A stretch of DNA of 62,926 nt, filler included, from Intoshia linei (GCA_001642005.1; 8 parts of 8 records of this genome joined end to end with filler, not necessarily neighbours in it), one strand, 5' to 3'; shown: positions 1 to 12,982, counted from the first letter of the whole stretch. Notes: generated by a model from the sequence alone, not told the origin. Made by a program: numbers and translations.

Positions 1-1367
1 TAAATTTAATACTAATTATATCTAATATTAATCTTAAATTACAAATTATTAAAAAAATTGACATAAAACTGATGAGAAAATACTGATAATACGAATTACT
101 GATAAAATAACTTTATTATTAAATGATTGCTGATGACACGATTACTGATTATGTGAATAAGCACGCCGTAGACAATGAGTAATTTGTAGTCTTTTCTAAT
201 TATGATCAGTATAAACCTCTTGTAGCCGTCAAAATTAAGAATTCACTATATTTTGATCAGTGAGTATGACATTTAATTCGATTATAGTGGTCAATTAAAA
301 AAATTAAATTTTCTGTGGTTTATAACAGTTTCGCAACGGAGCGAATTTTTTTAGATAAATGCGAAGGCAAATTAGAAAATGAAATTTGCGATAAAACACT
401 CTCAAACTAATAAAAATATCAGTAAAACACTAATATGAAAAATTTTTAAAACTCTTTCTACTTTCTTAAATAATCTGGAACAAACAGACATTTTAACTAA
501 GAAATTACTTTATATAAGTAATACTTATTAAGTATGGATTATTAGTTTTTAATTTAATATAACATTTTTTAAATTTTAATTGGTTTACCAGTTTCTAGAG
601 TAATGTGAGAATTTGATTTTGAAAATGAAATTTTTTTAGAAAGTTCTAAATTTACGATAAAAAATTTACACCTGTACTAGAATTTGAGTCTTTTAAAATT
701 TTCCTGTTTTATACACAAATTGCTCAAAATATTTCGCATTCCTATATAGAATCTGTATATTTCTGATAATATTAATCATCACGATCAATCAATTAAAACA
801 CCTCTCAAAGGTGGCCACTGATGGACCTTATGAGCACCGTACTAAATAAAAGTTTAAGTTGTCATACTTTTCGGTATATTATTGAGATTCCTGCGAGTTG
901 CAGTGAACAGTGTTATCTGGACAGGAAATACTAAGATAAATTCAGTATTTTATAAATATAATATCACCAAAGATCAAAAATGTTAAAATTTCGGTTTTCT
1001 AGTTTAAATTATACTAACAATGGGTAAAATGTCCATATAGAAAAAGTCAAGGATAAATTAATTTGTATGTAAAATATTTTTATTCTTAAATACGCTTCAC
1101 AACGTGTCCATCGTGCGTTCAACCTTTAACATCTATAATTATAAAAAATTGTACATATTCAAGAATGTACTCATTTACGTGAACCCTTTTCTATTAGAAT
1201 TTTACTTTTTAACTCACAGTTATAAATTATTTAATAGTACCTTTTGTCAATAAACATAAAATTGGAAATCCAACAATTAAATCATGCAATCGATCCTTTT
1301 AGTAATGTTGGTCAGAGAAACAAAAATAAGCTTCAATTTATTATGAACATTACTATATTTTTAAAAA

Positions 1368-2383
1368 ATGTCGAAATACATCAAAAAAGTAATTTTATAA
1401 ATTTTTGAAATATAAATAATTATTGTAGAGTACATATTTAACTGGATTAAAAGTTCTAGAATCTCCAATAAGGGTAATTCAAACAATGAAATGAAATTAT
1501 TCTTAAAATAAAATGTATTCAGGACTTGAAATCGTATTATGCTAAAATATTAAACGTATTATCCCACATGCCATCAACCGCATTTTATAGAATAAAAACT
1601 GAAGAAATTATCAATAAACAGCTAAAAGTTGTCAATTCGGTATTGTGAAATGTAACATTAACTAAATTGCACATTAGACTGACAATGTTGAAGAAATTGA
1701 AAAGCAACTCAAAGTTAAAAATATCGAAGAAATTGCTCAACAAGTAATTTTATCTAATAATTTGCCAAGCTCGTTTGTTCACCCTCTTTAGAAATATATA
1801 TTTTTTGACTAGAATTTTGTACTTTCAAATTGCAAAATTATAGGATGCTTCTATAAATTTAATTTTATTTTTTGCTGTTTATTAAAAATTACATATACAT
1901 TTCAAAGTAAGGTAAGTCGATAAGAGCTTAATTTTATAAAATTAAAAATTTATTATTCATTGTAATTATTTATTTCAATAATGCCAAAATTTCTTCGAAC
2001 AATCCCTCCTCTACAAGTTAAACTTTTAGCACACCACTCCGAAAAATTTTTTAATAAATGTAGAATTAACATGAAACTATTTTGAATGGTACCGAATTTT
2101 AGTTTATGGGGCCTGAGACCTATGAATCTTATGTATATGTTGGAAACTTTTAGTTTTTTATTTGTCCATGGCATAGCCGCTTTTTAATGGTTCAACGTAT
2201 TTTGCCGACTTGACCACGGGCTAGCCGTACCTTTTGCGATTGTAATTTTGAACATTTAATTAGGTAGAATACGAACTTCATCTAAGCAGAAAGATATTGA
2301 AATGGAAGCCGTGGGAGCGTTTAATATCGGAACCACCTATAAATCAATGGAAATGGCCATTGCCTTCAAGTGAAACAAAATAA
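1368..2383 (+). CDS. NDUFA5: NADH dehydrogenase 1 alpha subcomplex subunit 5 (B13), 5 exons
   Basis: Spliced translation MSKYIKK|[15 protein letters not shown]|[39 protein letters not shown]|[22 protein letters not shown]|[39 protein letters not shown]. The C-terminal WKPWExLxxEPPxNQWKWP is the NDUFA5 signature. All introns are GT-AG; the last intron is 1744-2263. Confidence 0.93.
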
Positions 2384-2421
2384 TTTTATATTTATTAAAT
2401 ATGGAATTTTTTCATTTTCTA

Positions 2422-5400
2422 CTACCCATAAATGGAAAGTTGTAAAAACTAAAATTATAATTATTTAACGTTTTTCAATTACAACCTTGTCCAAAGAAAT
2501 GGAATCAGGTGATACATTGAGAGTTTTATACGTTTCTAAATTTTAAGTTTTAAAATAATAATACTAATCTACCTATCAATATTGACATCCTGAAACAACA
2601 AATGATAAAATCTTCGCAGTCAATTTTGTTGTCTTCATTGATATATCTTAATATTATGGCAGTTAGTGTCCCATGAGAAAGTGAAAACCCTAAATTTTTC
2701 ATTGCCATTTTAAGTTCTGATGGGTCCAAATCGTTTGATTTGTCAATGTCATGTTTGTAAAATTCGTTCTATAAAATATGTTTACAACATTGATTTTTTA
2801 TTAACCTTGAAATAAATGAGCATTTTAATAGTTTCTTCATATTCACCAATGTCAATTTTACCTCGTTTATCGTTCTAAATATTTTAGACACTGAATTATA
2901 CACATTACATCTTTATAGCAAATCATTATTCTGCACAAATCTGTTGTTAATTTATGCATACTGAACCAACCTAAATTAGAATTTACATAATTTGAAGTAT
3001 TGAATTTTATACGATTTGAGCTATGCATCACAATTTCTCGGAGCAAAACTTTTAATTTAAATGCATCCACAACAGCACTATCACCATAAACGTTTCGGAA
3101 TTTTTTTTTGGAGAATTTCAAATCATTTGACGTATCATTGATATCGTGTACCTGAAATTTTAATTTGGAAATTTAATCACTATTTTGAATACATTTTTGA
3201 TCAATTTAGCACTGTCTAAATTAGTTTGTTCTTCAATTTCTCTAAAAATTAAGTACTGTAATCAGTTGATTTAATTTTCAATTATAGAAATTACGCAATG
3301 TTAGCTTTAGATTCAGTATAAAATCGCAAATAAAAATCGCACTCTTTTCCAGGTTCAAATGTGGAGGGTATTATAACGTAGTTTCCCGGTTTAAGCTTGT
3401 AGCGACAAGTCACAGTCCGCATGTTGGTAAATTCTGAAGTTGTAATGGACTGATTATACTTGAAAAAATTGGTTGAGTAGGTATCAAATGTATTATCTTC
3501 CTTCTAATATTAATTATGAATTAATTAATATAATCAACATAATTACTTTTTCATAGATAATGTAACCAATCGGTGTGAGAACAGGTTTTACGCCAGCCAC
3601 GATTTTACGCCGATAAATTTGAGAAAGTGATATTATGAAGGTACCTTTTTTATCATCATCATCCCCATCTGTCAATTTTACTTGGTATTGAGGGTTTGTG
3701 CAAAATGTCTCTAATTAAATACTTCATTACATACATTTATGGCATATATAAAGTACTAATATAATTTCGACATCCGCCAGCAGAAACATTCTTTATCCAT
3801 CGACCATAAAACTCATTCACTGCCAAATTTTGATCATATTTGAAATTTAAATGGCAAACTTCAATTTTATCATAATTTTTAACAAAATCGTTATAGTCCA
3901 TCCTGAATTTATCCAATTATTAAAAAATTAAATATAATAAACCAAAATTCACCATCATCTCTTTTGACAAAATTAATTTTATCTTTTTGTTCAGCGTTTA
4001 ATTTATTCCAATCTTTGGATCTATCAATTGAAAAATAAAAATAAAAGTTGATGAAAACTCATCGGACCAAGCACCATTCCATTCTTTATCGTTACCCCAA
4101 GGGTTTCGGATACGCACTAGGTTGTAATTTTTTGAGTTTATCGAAAACTAGACACATTGAGTTAGAATACAATATAGAGTTAAAAACTGTCTTAAATCCG
4201 GTTATGGTGTAAGCGTGTCCCTTGATAAGTCCATTTGATAGAGTTACTTCACCGCCTTCGCTCTGTTTTATCATTTATACATGTATTTAAATTATATTTA
4301 TGTATTACCTTAATTGAACAAGACATGAGAGATTTTTCTTTGATAAATTTCTCAAGTTGATGACATAGTTGCTTTAAATTTGTTTCTTTGTTGATAAAAA
4401 ATGTTTCAGATAAACCTCCAGTCATATCTTCAAAACCCTCACTGCTAGATCCACCACACAATGATTCATATGTACCATGGAATCTATATAAATGTGCTAA
4501 TTATATAAAGTAAATACATGTTACTTTGCATATGCTTTTTCCAACAAAGAAGCCCAAAATTCATTCTGTTCGTTAGAGTGTAAAAAAATTAATCGATCGT
4601 TCACAGTTGGCAATAGATCGTCTATTATAATGTCTACCCATCGACCATAGCGCCAAAATTTAAATTTAAGTGCACCAGTATAATCTTTAGACGCGTTTCC
4701 CTTTTTTGACTGGAGTGGAATCAAATTTATACGTGACGTGTCCACAATATTTTTTATTATATGAGGTTTATCAGCTATTGCTGCTAGAGCCGATAAAAAC
4801 CAACAATTCCCTAAATAAATTAATTTAGTGTTTATAATATTAATAATGTAGTAATTAAATCGGGTATGAGGTCCATGAGCCGCTGCAGCGGTTTAAAGGA
4901 ATTCAGTTTAAATTTAAATCAGTGCTTCTCAAAGTAATAAACGTCGTGGACCCCTAAAATATTTATGTGTAAATATTGTTTTCATCATGGCATATGCTTT
5001 AATTATTAAATTCCAAATTAAGCGCATTTAATATATTTAAATGGGATTTTTACTTTAAGTGTTGGTAAGATTAAATCTTTTCTTTTAGTATTGGATTAAG
5101 AGGTGTTTTCTCGGATGGTTTGATAAAATCACATTTTCAAAAAAAATTATAAAAAGTGGATTTCTCCCTTAACATTTAAATTATATGCTACCATATTTCT
5201 TTTTACGTTGTTTGTTAGTTTTCTTCGTATATTTTCAGGATATTACAAAATGATTATAGAAAATTTAATATTAAGGTTCCATTAAAATATGACATAAAAA
5301 AATAAATTATACTATATTTTAAAAGACATTCTCAAAGGGAATGCATCGTAACTACGCCAATGTTGACTAAAAAAGTAATGACAGTACATGGTAATGTTCA

Positions 5401-7060
5401 GAAAATTAAACTCTATCGAATGCGCGTAAAAGTGATGCGGTTAGAATTTAAAAAAATGAGTTAATTATTTGTTAATTAGAATTATATAATTATACTTAAA
5501 GTGTTAATTTATCAGAACATAGAGGTAAAACACCGTTTTGTGGTTATAATTTACAATTTATTAATACCATAAATGTATAACGTAGATAATAAGTTCAATT
5601 CGTAACGCCGTAACATTTTATATGTATTTTGAACCGAATTTATAGTCTAATTACAAGAATAAATTTTTTTTAATTTCTGAAATATCTGTTAATTACGTAA
5701 TTATCTCACTATTTAATCTATTACAAAACCTCAATTAATTATATTGTCACAGGAATCATTAAAAAACATGTTCAAATTTTATCATATTTCTTGCACGTTA
5801 CACCGTAACTCTTTTTAACTGTAAATGTACGTTTTAGTATTTACTTATATGTAAAATAGTGCAAATAACCATGTTGCACGCTGTCATACGCGTATTTTAA
5901 GTCTATCCATAAGTATGAGTCTTGGATATTATTTCTTGTAGGTCACTTAAATTGAAATATTTATATTTTATTTGTTAGCGAATGGCTCATGAAATTTATT
6001 TTAATTTAAAAAAGCTGCTGTTTTTGCAATTAATTTTAATTTTTTAAAACAAAATGGTAAAGAATCGGAATCGTCGCATCACTAGTAATGACATTAATTT
6101 ATATTTGGAAAACTCAAATTCAATCCAATACGTACCAACAACTTTTTATTGTTTACCAGACCTAATGACAACCCTGAAATACATTTCGTAGAATCTGGGC
6201 GAAAATGAATGTCAGTTCCAATCGTAAAAATTTACACAAAATCTTAATAAACTAATTTTGTAGGGAATTACAATAGTTTTTCACAACGATTAGAACCCTG
6301 CCGTTTGGTTTGACACTAGTGATAATTGTTATCAAGCCTCTTGACTCAAGAACCAACTAAAAAATTCCAATTTCTAAAGAGATCAAGAGACGCATTGCCT
6401 AAACACTAAAAATATTCATGCAAATTGAAATAAATCAATACATTGTTTATTACATTATTCCAATCAAGTCAACATTACCGATAATACCCTGCCTTACATC
6501 AAATCGACTGGTATCATCAACAAAAAATTGTGCATTGGAGCAAATTTCCTAATAACAAAATAATAAAAAATTGAATCAACATACATGAGGTCTTTTCCAT
6601 ACGACTTTACCTACCATCTTGGTAAATAAACTACTATTGTCCGCCTTAAAATCGGGATCAACATAAAGTGAATTGGTTTTGATACAGTGTCTATTAATTT
6701 CGTCAAAAACTTTTTTATCTTTCTAAGAATAAAATATTGATAAACCTACAAAACAAGAAATCACCTGATCAAATTCAGACTCAGGTAAAGTCCACCCAGA
6801 CCTATAACGTTTATCAGCCGTCACAATAGGTTTATCGATTCTATTTTCATCCATCTTATTAGGTTCGGTTTTATTCATAGGTTTCTTGGTAGATTTGGGT
6901 ATTTCTAAAAAAACTGCATTAAATTAAACGTGACTGTTTGCTCAAATTATATTTGCTTTTCTAGTTTGGTTGTTATACTTATTTAACTGTATTAATTACT
7001 ACCTGAGATGGCACTTGACTTTGCCGGATAAACCATACTAGAACAAGGCAAATTTCCCAT
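2422..7060 (-). CDS. Classical calpain (CysPc, C2-like domain III, penta-EF-hand), many small exons
   Basis: Spliced motifs: VDPDF..WKRPHEI, QGIIG|NCW (catalytic Cys, split by the 4811-6479 intron), FWASLLEKAYAK, GLIKGHAY (His), LVRIRNPWG (Asn), SAGGCRNY, NPQY, YVIIPSTFEPG, EF-hand DIDKSNDLDPSEL, ending FLQLSIYG*. Start is ATG 7060 (MGNLPC) or in-frame ATG 7069. Confidence 0.95.
6061..6400 (-). ncRNA. Candidate structured intronic RNA of unknown family
   Basis: Seven nested helices found by eye. Their mismatches read as G-U pairs on the minus (calpain sense) strand. See findings. Confidence 0.4.
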
Positions 7061-7452
7061 TCGAGTCATGAATTAATTGAAACTCGACAAAATTTATATT
7101 GTATGTAATAGTTACTAAACAAAAACCTGAACACATTGTATTCGGTAGTTAAATTTATATTTCAAATGAACGAAAACTAAGAATTGATAATTATATCTGT
7201 AACTTTCTTATTCTACCTAAGTTTACGTAACTGAAATACAAATGTACAAATAAAAAGTTTAATTCTTAATGTGTCAAATTCGAATAAATGATTGCAATTT
7301 GCAAATCAAGTGAAATACAGATACAACAATATTAAATATTTACCAAATTTTAACTTGTCTTCATTTTAATTACACTAGTAAACTGAAACGTTTACTTAAC
7401 GTAAATATATCTGCCTTTCTTTTAAATGTATTCGCGTTTATCGTAGTGTGTA

Positions 7453-7534
7453 GCCGTCGTGACCGAGTGGTTAAGGTGATAGATTAGAAATCTATTGGGC
7501 TCGTCCCGCACAGGTTCGAATCCTGTCGTCGGCG
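7453..7534 (+). tRNA. tRNA-Ser (anticodon AGA)
   Basis: Cloverleaf: GCCGTCG/CGTCGGC acceptor, D-arm with GAGTGGTTAA, ATAGA-TTAGAAA-TCTAT anticodon arm, long variable arm, ACAGG-TTCGAAT-CCTGT T-arm, G discriminator. Confidence 0.95.
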
Positions 7535-7544
7535 TTTTTTTTTT
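7535..7544 (+). terminator. Pol III oligo-T terminator
   Basis: T10 run immediately after the tRNA-Ser. Confidence 0.8.
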
Positions 7545-7670
7545 AATTCGAAAATGTGTAATTTAAAGATAATTAATCTAAAAGGTTTAATAGAATTTTT
7601 ATTCCAATTTAACTAATCGACACTTTACTGTAAATTTTCTTTTTTTTAGAACAATTTATTAACATGTAAA

Positions 7671-9439
7671 TTATTTCTTTAACTTTTCAACATATTCATA
7701 TAATTTCATTTCTTTAGGATCGATGGGCACATTTTTTTCATCCAATTTTTGACTTGGTTCAATTATGGTTACAATAGGCTTGTTTAAACGTTTTATTGCT
7801 AAATTTTGTATAAAAATTAATTAATCGTGAATTAAAAAACTATTGCAATTGAGAGACCAATATTGAGCAACTGCATGTAAAAACATGCGATCAAATGCTG
7901 AGTTGATGTGTAAATAAATTTGTTTAGATTCTGGGTTTTGAAAAGCTTTCTGTATAATAGATTCGTAGTATTTCATCAAATTCTAAATCACGTTTAAAAA
8001 AACCCAATTTTTTAAAGTCATAAACATCATAAATTGTATTCCCAAAAAAGTTCATTTTCACGATTAAACTACCAGATTACCCTTTAAAAAATTATTTTAA
8101 AAAATTAAAAGTCCTATAATTTAAAAAAAATATTACAGTTGATACAGCTATATCCAGTACACACATAAAAAAATTTTTATGGAATTTAAGCTATTTATGA
8201 CAATTTTTAGGATTGTGCGGTTTTGACTTTAGTTTTTAGTAAAAACTTTTTACTAAAGTTTTTTTTTATACACTCAATCTCTCTTATAAATTAAAAAATG
8301 GGATCACAAAATTGAAAGGTAATTTGAAATGACGGTCCGTGTGAAACAAGTTTGTTTCCACTCCTTTAAAAAGTTGTTAATAGTGAATGTAATTGTAGTT
8401 TAAGTAAGATTTTATTATTTAATTTATTTTTTTGGTAGAATTAAAAAAGTCGTCCCTCGACAGAGCTAGCTGCTTTTGGTACGAAATACATAACAATCAA
8501 ACTAGTCAAATAAAAAATACATTACTACAAAATGTAAATTCTAGATTTTGTAAAATATAGATTGGTAAATGTATTTTTGACTGGGAAGGTGCTAATTTCT
8601 GTATATGAACTGAAAAAACTGTCTACAGTTTATGTAGTTTACAATAAATACACTGGAAAATAAAAAAAGTAAATGTAGTCGTTTTAAAACTACTAATGTA
8701 GATATTCTCACTGTAAATGCACTTGTTGGTAGCCCATATAATATATGATAGTCGGAAACCTACTCTTGCTTTTTATATACTTTTTTTTAAATTTATAAAT
8801 TTGAAAAATGTAGAAAAAGATTATGCCTGTAAAATTAAAATTTTAAACATGAGACAAAGGTTTCCGATCTTAATATGTGAAACATAACGTACTATTTTAT
8901 AAAGATTATTGCGTATAACACACCTCAACCTAGGATTAATTAAATTAAATTTTTGAGAAAAATGTATAGATTTCATTTCCCGTTTAATTTCATTCATAAT
9001 GTCAAATGTGGGCATGGGTGGATCATTAAAAAATTTATTCATTAGAATCTAAAAAAAAATTATTTTTAAATAAATAAAATTGAAACGGGATCATTACATT
9101 CTTTCAATTCTCTAAAAGCAGATTTATGATTAACAAAAGGATAATAATCTTCTTCAATGATTTCGATAGATGAATCAAAAAGTAAATTTTCTAAATTGTA
9201 AAATAATGATGAAAAGTATTAAATTTACCGTTCATGTATCTTTTGTGGCGTCTTGTACCCGCATTAATACGTCGTGTTATATTTGAAAACAATACAGGCT
9301 GCAAAATTTTTTGAAATTTATTGGAAATCCTTCAAATATATTATTTTAATATTATATAATCAAACGTTTTTGTCGACTCACATTCGCTTTCACTTGTAGT
9401 TTGCAACAAATATGGTGAATCAATCAAAGATATTCCCAT
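7671..9439 (-). CDS. R3HDM4: R3H domain-containing protein 4-like
   Basis: Spliced: MGISLIDSPYLL...GTRRHKRYMNENLL...FNLINPRLRCVIR...NSAFDRMFLHAVAQYWSL...LYEYVEKLKK*. The RxxxH motif and its context resemble R3HDM4 (NSFERLLLHAVCQYMDL, recalled from memory). Confidence 0.8.
8040..8505 (+). mobile_element. Helitron-like family copy in an R3HDM4 intron
   Basis: Shared 3' end CCCTCGACAGAGCTAG...ACATAACAATCAAACTAG|T. Confidence 0.6.
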
Positions 9440-9697
9440 AATGTATAATTATAATTGTTAATTTTCTGTTTATATATCCTATTGGTTTAGTATTTCCGCA
9501 AATATCAGTTTTCAATTGCAATTTGCAAAAAAATACAATCTATAATAAATTTTATTCCAATTTGCAAATGTATATTGATAACAACAAACTAATTTTTATA
9601 CCTAAATTATTAAAGTTGATCTGTGTTGCTATTATGTTTTTCAAATTTTGATTAAAATATTAATTGCGGTTTCATCAATAGTTTCAATGCAATTATA
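9440..9697. promoter_or_regulatory. Putative bidirectional promoter region (R3HDM4/LRR1)
   Basis: 258 bp between two divergent ATGs. No specific motif identified. Confidence 0.45.
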
Positions 9698-12406
9698 ATG
9701 AAAGTCAAAGTTTTTGTAGAAAAATTAATTGATGGTATACAAGTAAATTCAACGAAACGAGCATCTTTTGGTAAAGTTAACATTACCCTGGAAAATGTCA
9801 AAAACGAGAGTGTCTATTACTTCAATGTCGTCACATTAAAGAAGGATACTTTTAATTTTAAGGTTATATAAACTTAATGTCAACATTTACATTTTTTAGT
9901 TGAGAAATTTAACAAAACTATTTACTAGATTTATCGATAAAGGAAAATTGACTATTGAATTTTCCTCCGGAAATATTACAAATAGAGTTTTGATTGATAG
10001 TGTACTTTTCTAATTTGAAATTTTTCATAAAACGTTTAGGATGCTTCCGAGTTGAAATTATTTGTGGAAAGTATTGAAAAATGTAATTTGTTTCGCTATT
10101 TTTCTGTTAATTTGAAAAGCTATCAATTTAGAAAAATTTGAACCATTAAAAAAGAAATTTAAATGTGATAAAATTGATATAAATACCAAATATTCCAAAT
10201 TAACGTTATCTATTGAACCTTCAAATATTATGACATTTTTACACAATTCCAACAAATATAATTTCCTTGAAACATTAAGATTGGAAGGATGCAATATGTT
10301 TACAGTTTATACACAAATTTTACAATTGAATACTCTTTCTACGCTAAGTCTTTCGAAAAATAAATTAAAGACCTTTGATTCTAATTGTTTAAAATCTTTA
10401 CAAAATTTGTATTCTTTGGATTTATCTCATAATGTGATTGAATCTATTCAAATTTCAGGTTTTTTATTTTTTCTATGATTCACTCACAATTGACACAAAA
10501 ATGTACAATGTGCATTTTTTTATTTTTTTTTATTGTACAATGGGAAATTCAATTGTTTGTCAAGTTACAAAATTATAATTATCTAAAAATGTAGAAATTC
10601 ATTTGGAACAATTAATTGTTTCATAACATTTTATTTAGCGAATTGCAGTGAAAATTTTACCAAAATTTGATTTTTTCAAAAATTTTGAAATCTTTTAAAA
10701 TTAATCAAAATTATTAGTATTTCTAATGTTTTAATCTATTTTTATTATTTTTCAGATATTATTTTAAAAATTAAAATTACCAGTCTTTTATCAAAATTTT
10801 ACATTAATTTTTTAAAAATTTTTATAAATCTTTTAAAATTAACCAAATTCATTTGTAATGGAATTTTTTAGTGTTTTTTTAAAAAATTGAAATTGTATAA
10901 TTTTTTTAGGATGTTTACTTAAATCAACCATTTTTAGTAAAAATCAAAATTTACCAACAATAAAAGGAAAAATTTAGTTTTAACAACTTTTAAACGAACA
11001 ATCTAGTTTTATTAACCCTAAAAGGAAAAATTCGGTTTTAAAAACGCTTTAGAGAAAATTCCAGTTTTACCAACCGTTAAGGAAAAAATCCAGTTTTACA
11101 GAATTGCGGAGTATCCCATAAAAACTCAATAATATTTTCAGGAAAGTGATTACCCTAATATACATATATATTGTATTTAACTTGTATATACATTTTTCGA
11201 GAATCTGCTAAAATTAACATATTTTATAACTTTTGAGATTTTTTAAATTTGCTTCAATAAAAAGTTGTTTAAATATTTTTACCCAACTAATATAACCTCA
11301 ATGTTTTACAAATAAAAATGAAACATTAATTAAATGTGAGTTGAATAAAATTTAATAATAAAAATTATACATTATAATTGAATTTATTTGTAGATGGAAA
11401 CAATTTCAGCAATGTAAATGTTTTACTGTTAAACAATAACAAAATTGTATTATTAAGCAATAATTTTTTCGAGTTTTACAGAAATTTAAAAGAATTATAC
11501 TTGGAAAATAACAAATTGGAAAAAATTCCAACGAACATTTCAATTGTTAATTTAAAAATTTTGAGAATTTCAGACAATCGGATAAAATATGTTGCACCAT
11601 CTATGCTTAAATTGTCAATGGACGAATTTTGTGGTTTTAATAATATTTGGCATGAAAATAAAAAAAAATATATCAAACTTTCCTCACTTTTTGAATTATC
11701 ATTTACCAAATTGATTAGAATGGCTAAATTTACTTACAATTATAGGTACAACTTTTTACAACCAGTTTTCACTATTGAATTACCATTGTGCATTGTACAA
11801 TAATTCTGGGGTTCCCACATTTTTTTCACAGTGTATCATTAAATCTAAATTACTAGGAAACCTTTAAAATGTTATGAATTGACTTAATTAGTAAAAATTT
11901 TTTACTGACTAGTACTGGTCCCCTGACAAGCATTTGGGAAACCCTGCAATAATTAATATTTAATATCTTAGAAATTGCTCTTACATATAACTGCTTATAA
12001 ATTTCAGAATGTTCCACAATTTAAGAAAGGGTGCAAATTTTACAATACGTATATAATTAATGAAAAATTCCATTTTCAAATTTCTAATGCCACTTTTCCA
12101 TTTTTTTTTTTTATATCTCACAATTCTAGAATTTTCCCCTTTCTAAGGTTTTATACACTTGACTTTTATATTTTTTATAAATTTATATTTAGAGACATGA
12201 AAAACACTATGAATTTGTTTGAACCAAATTTTTTTTTCAAATACCTTTCTCACATCAGGATGTGTAAATGTGGGAATTATCAATTGTCTAAATCTTATAA
12301 TATTTCCCACGTTTCAGCTGGAATTATATCAACCAGTATTGTATACGTTTCTGATGAAAACTATATCTCTGTATTATATGGAATTTGTAGTAAAAATTGT
12401 ACTTAA
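9698..12406 (+). CDS. LRR1: Leucine-rich repeat protein 1 (CRL2 substrate receptor LRR-1)
   Basis: N-terminal PH-like segment LFTRFIDKGKLTIEF, LxxLxLxxNxL repeats in ORFs 10230-10478 and 11378-11803, BC-box-like SSLFELSFTKLI, C-terminal CKCG...ICSKNC. Confidence 0.8.
10930..11100. repeat. Degenerate ~28-30 bp minisatellite (AAAATCCAGTTTTACCAACC-like)
   Basis: Tandem imperfect units in an LRR1 intron, related in reverse orientation to the 49525-50020 array. Confidence 0.55.
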
Positions 12407-12982
12407 ATTTTTATGTAAATAAATGTTTTTTGTAAAAAAATTTCCTAGAATATTTAGATATAAAAATATGACAAATTGGATTACAAGTCTGAGATTATTT
12501 TATATTTTCATTAAGACTTAACCTATTAAGATTTGAATTTTTCCAACTTTTTAAAAGTTTGATTTTTAGATCATTTAATTCGTTTTAATTATTAAGGGTT
12601 GATAAAATCTTCAATATTTAGGAAGGGTCGATGTGACTTTGTTTTATAATTTTCGTAAAATGGGACCTTATTATAGTTTAAGTCCTATTTAACGGAATTT
12701 CAAAATTTTGACAAACCAAAAATTCCGTTAACTAAAATTTTACTCTTAAAATATATTTTCTTATTTTATAATAAATTCAATTATACCATTACGTAATTTA
12801 AAATATAAATCAATTTCAACTTCATCTATATTAATATTTTTAATTAATTAATAATAAATCACGTGAAAATGATGAAAAATTTGAAAAGAAAAAAACTATC
12901 TTTAGATCTGAAAATGAAAATTGTAGATGATCTTAAAAATCACACTTTATTTGTGATAAATATAATCCATCATCTTATACAG

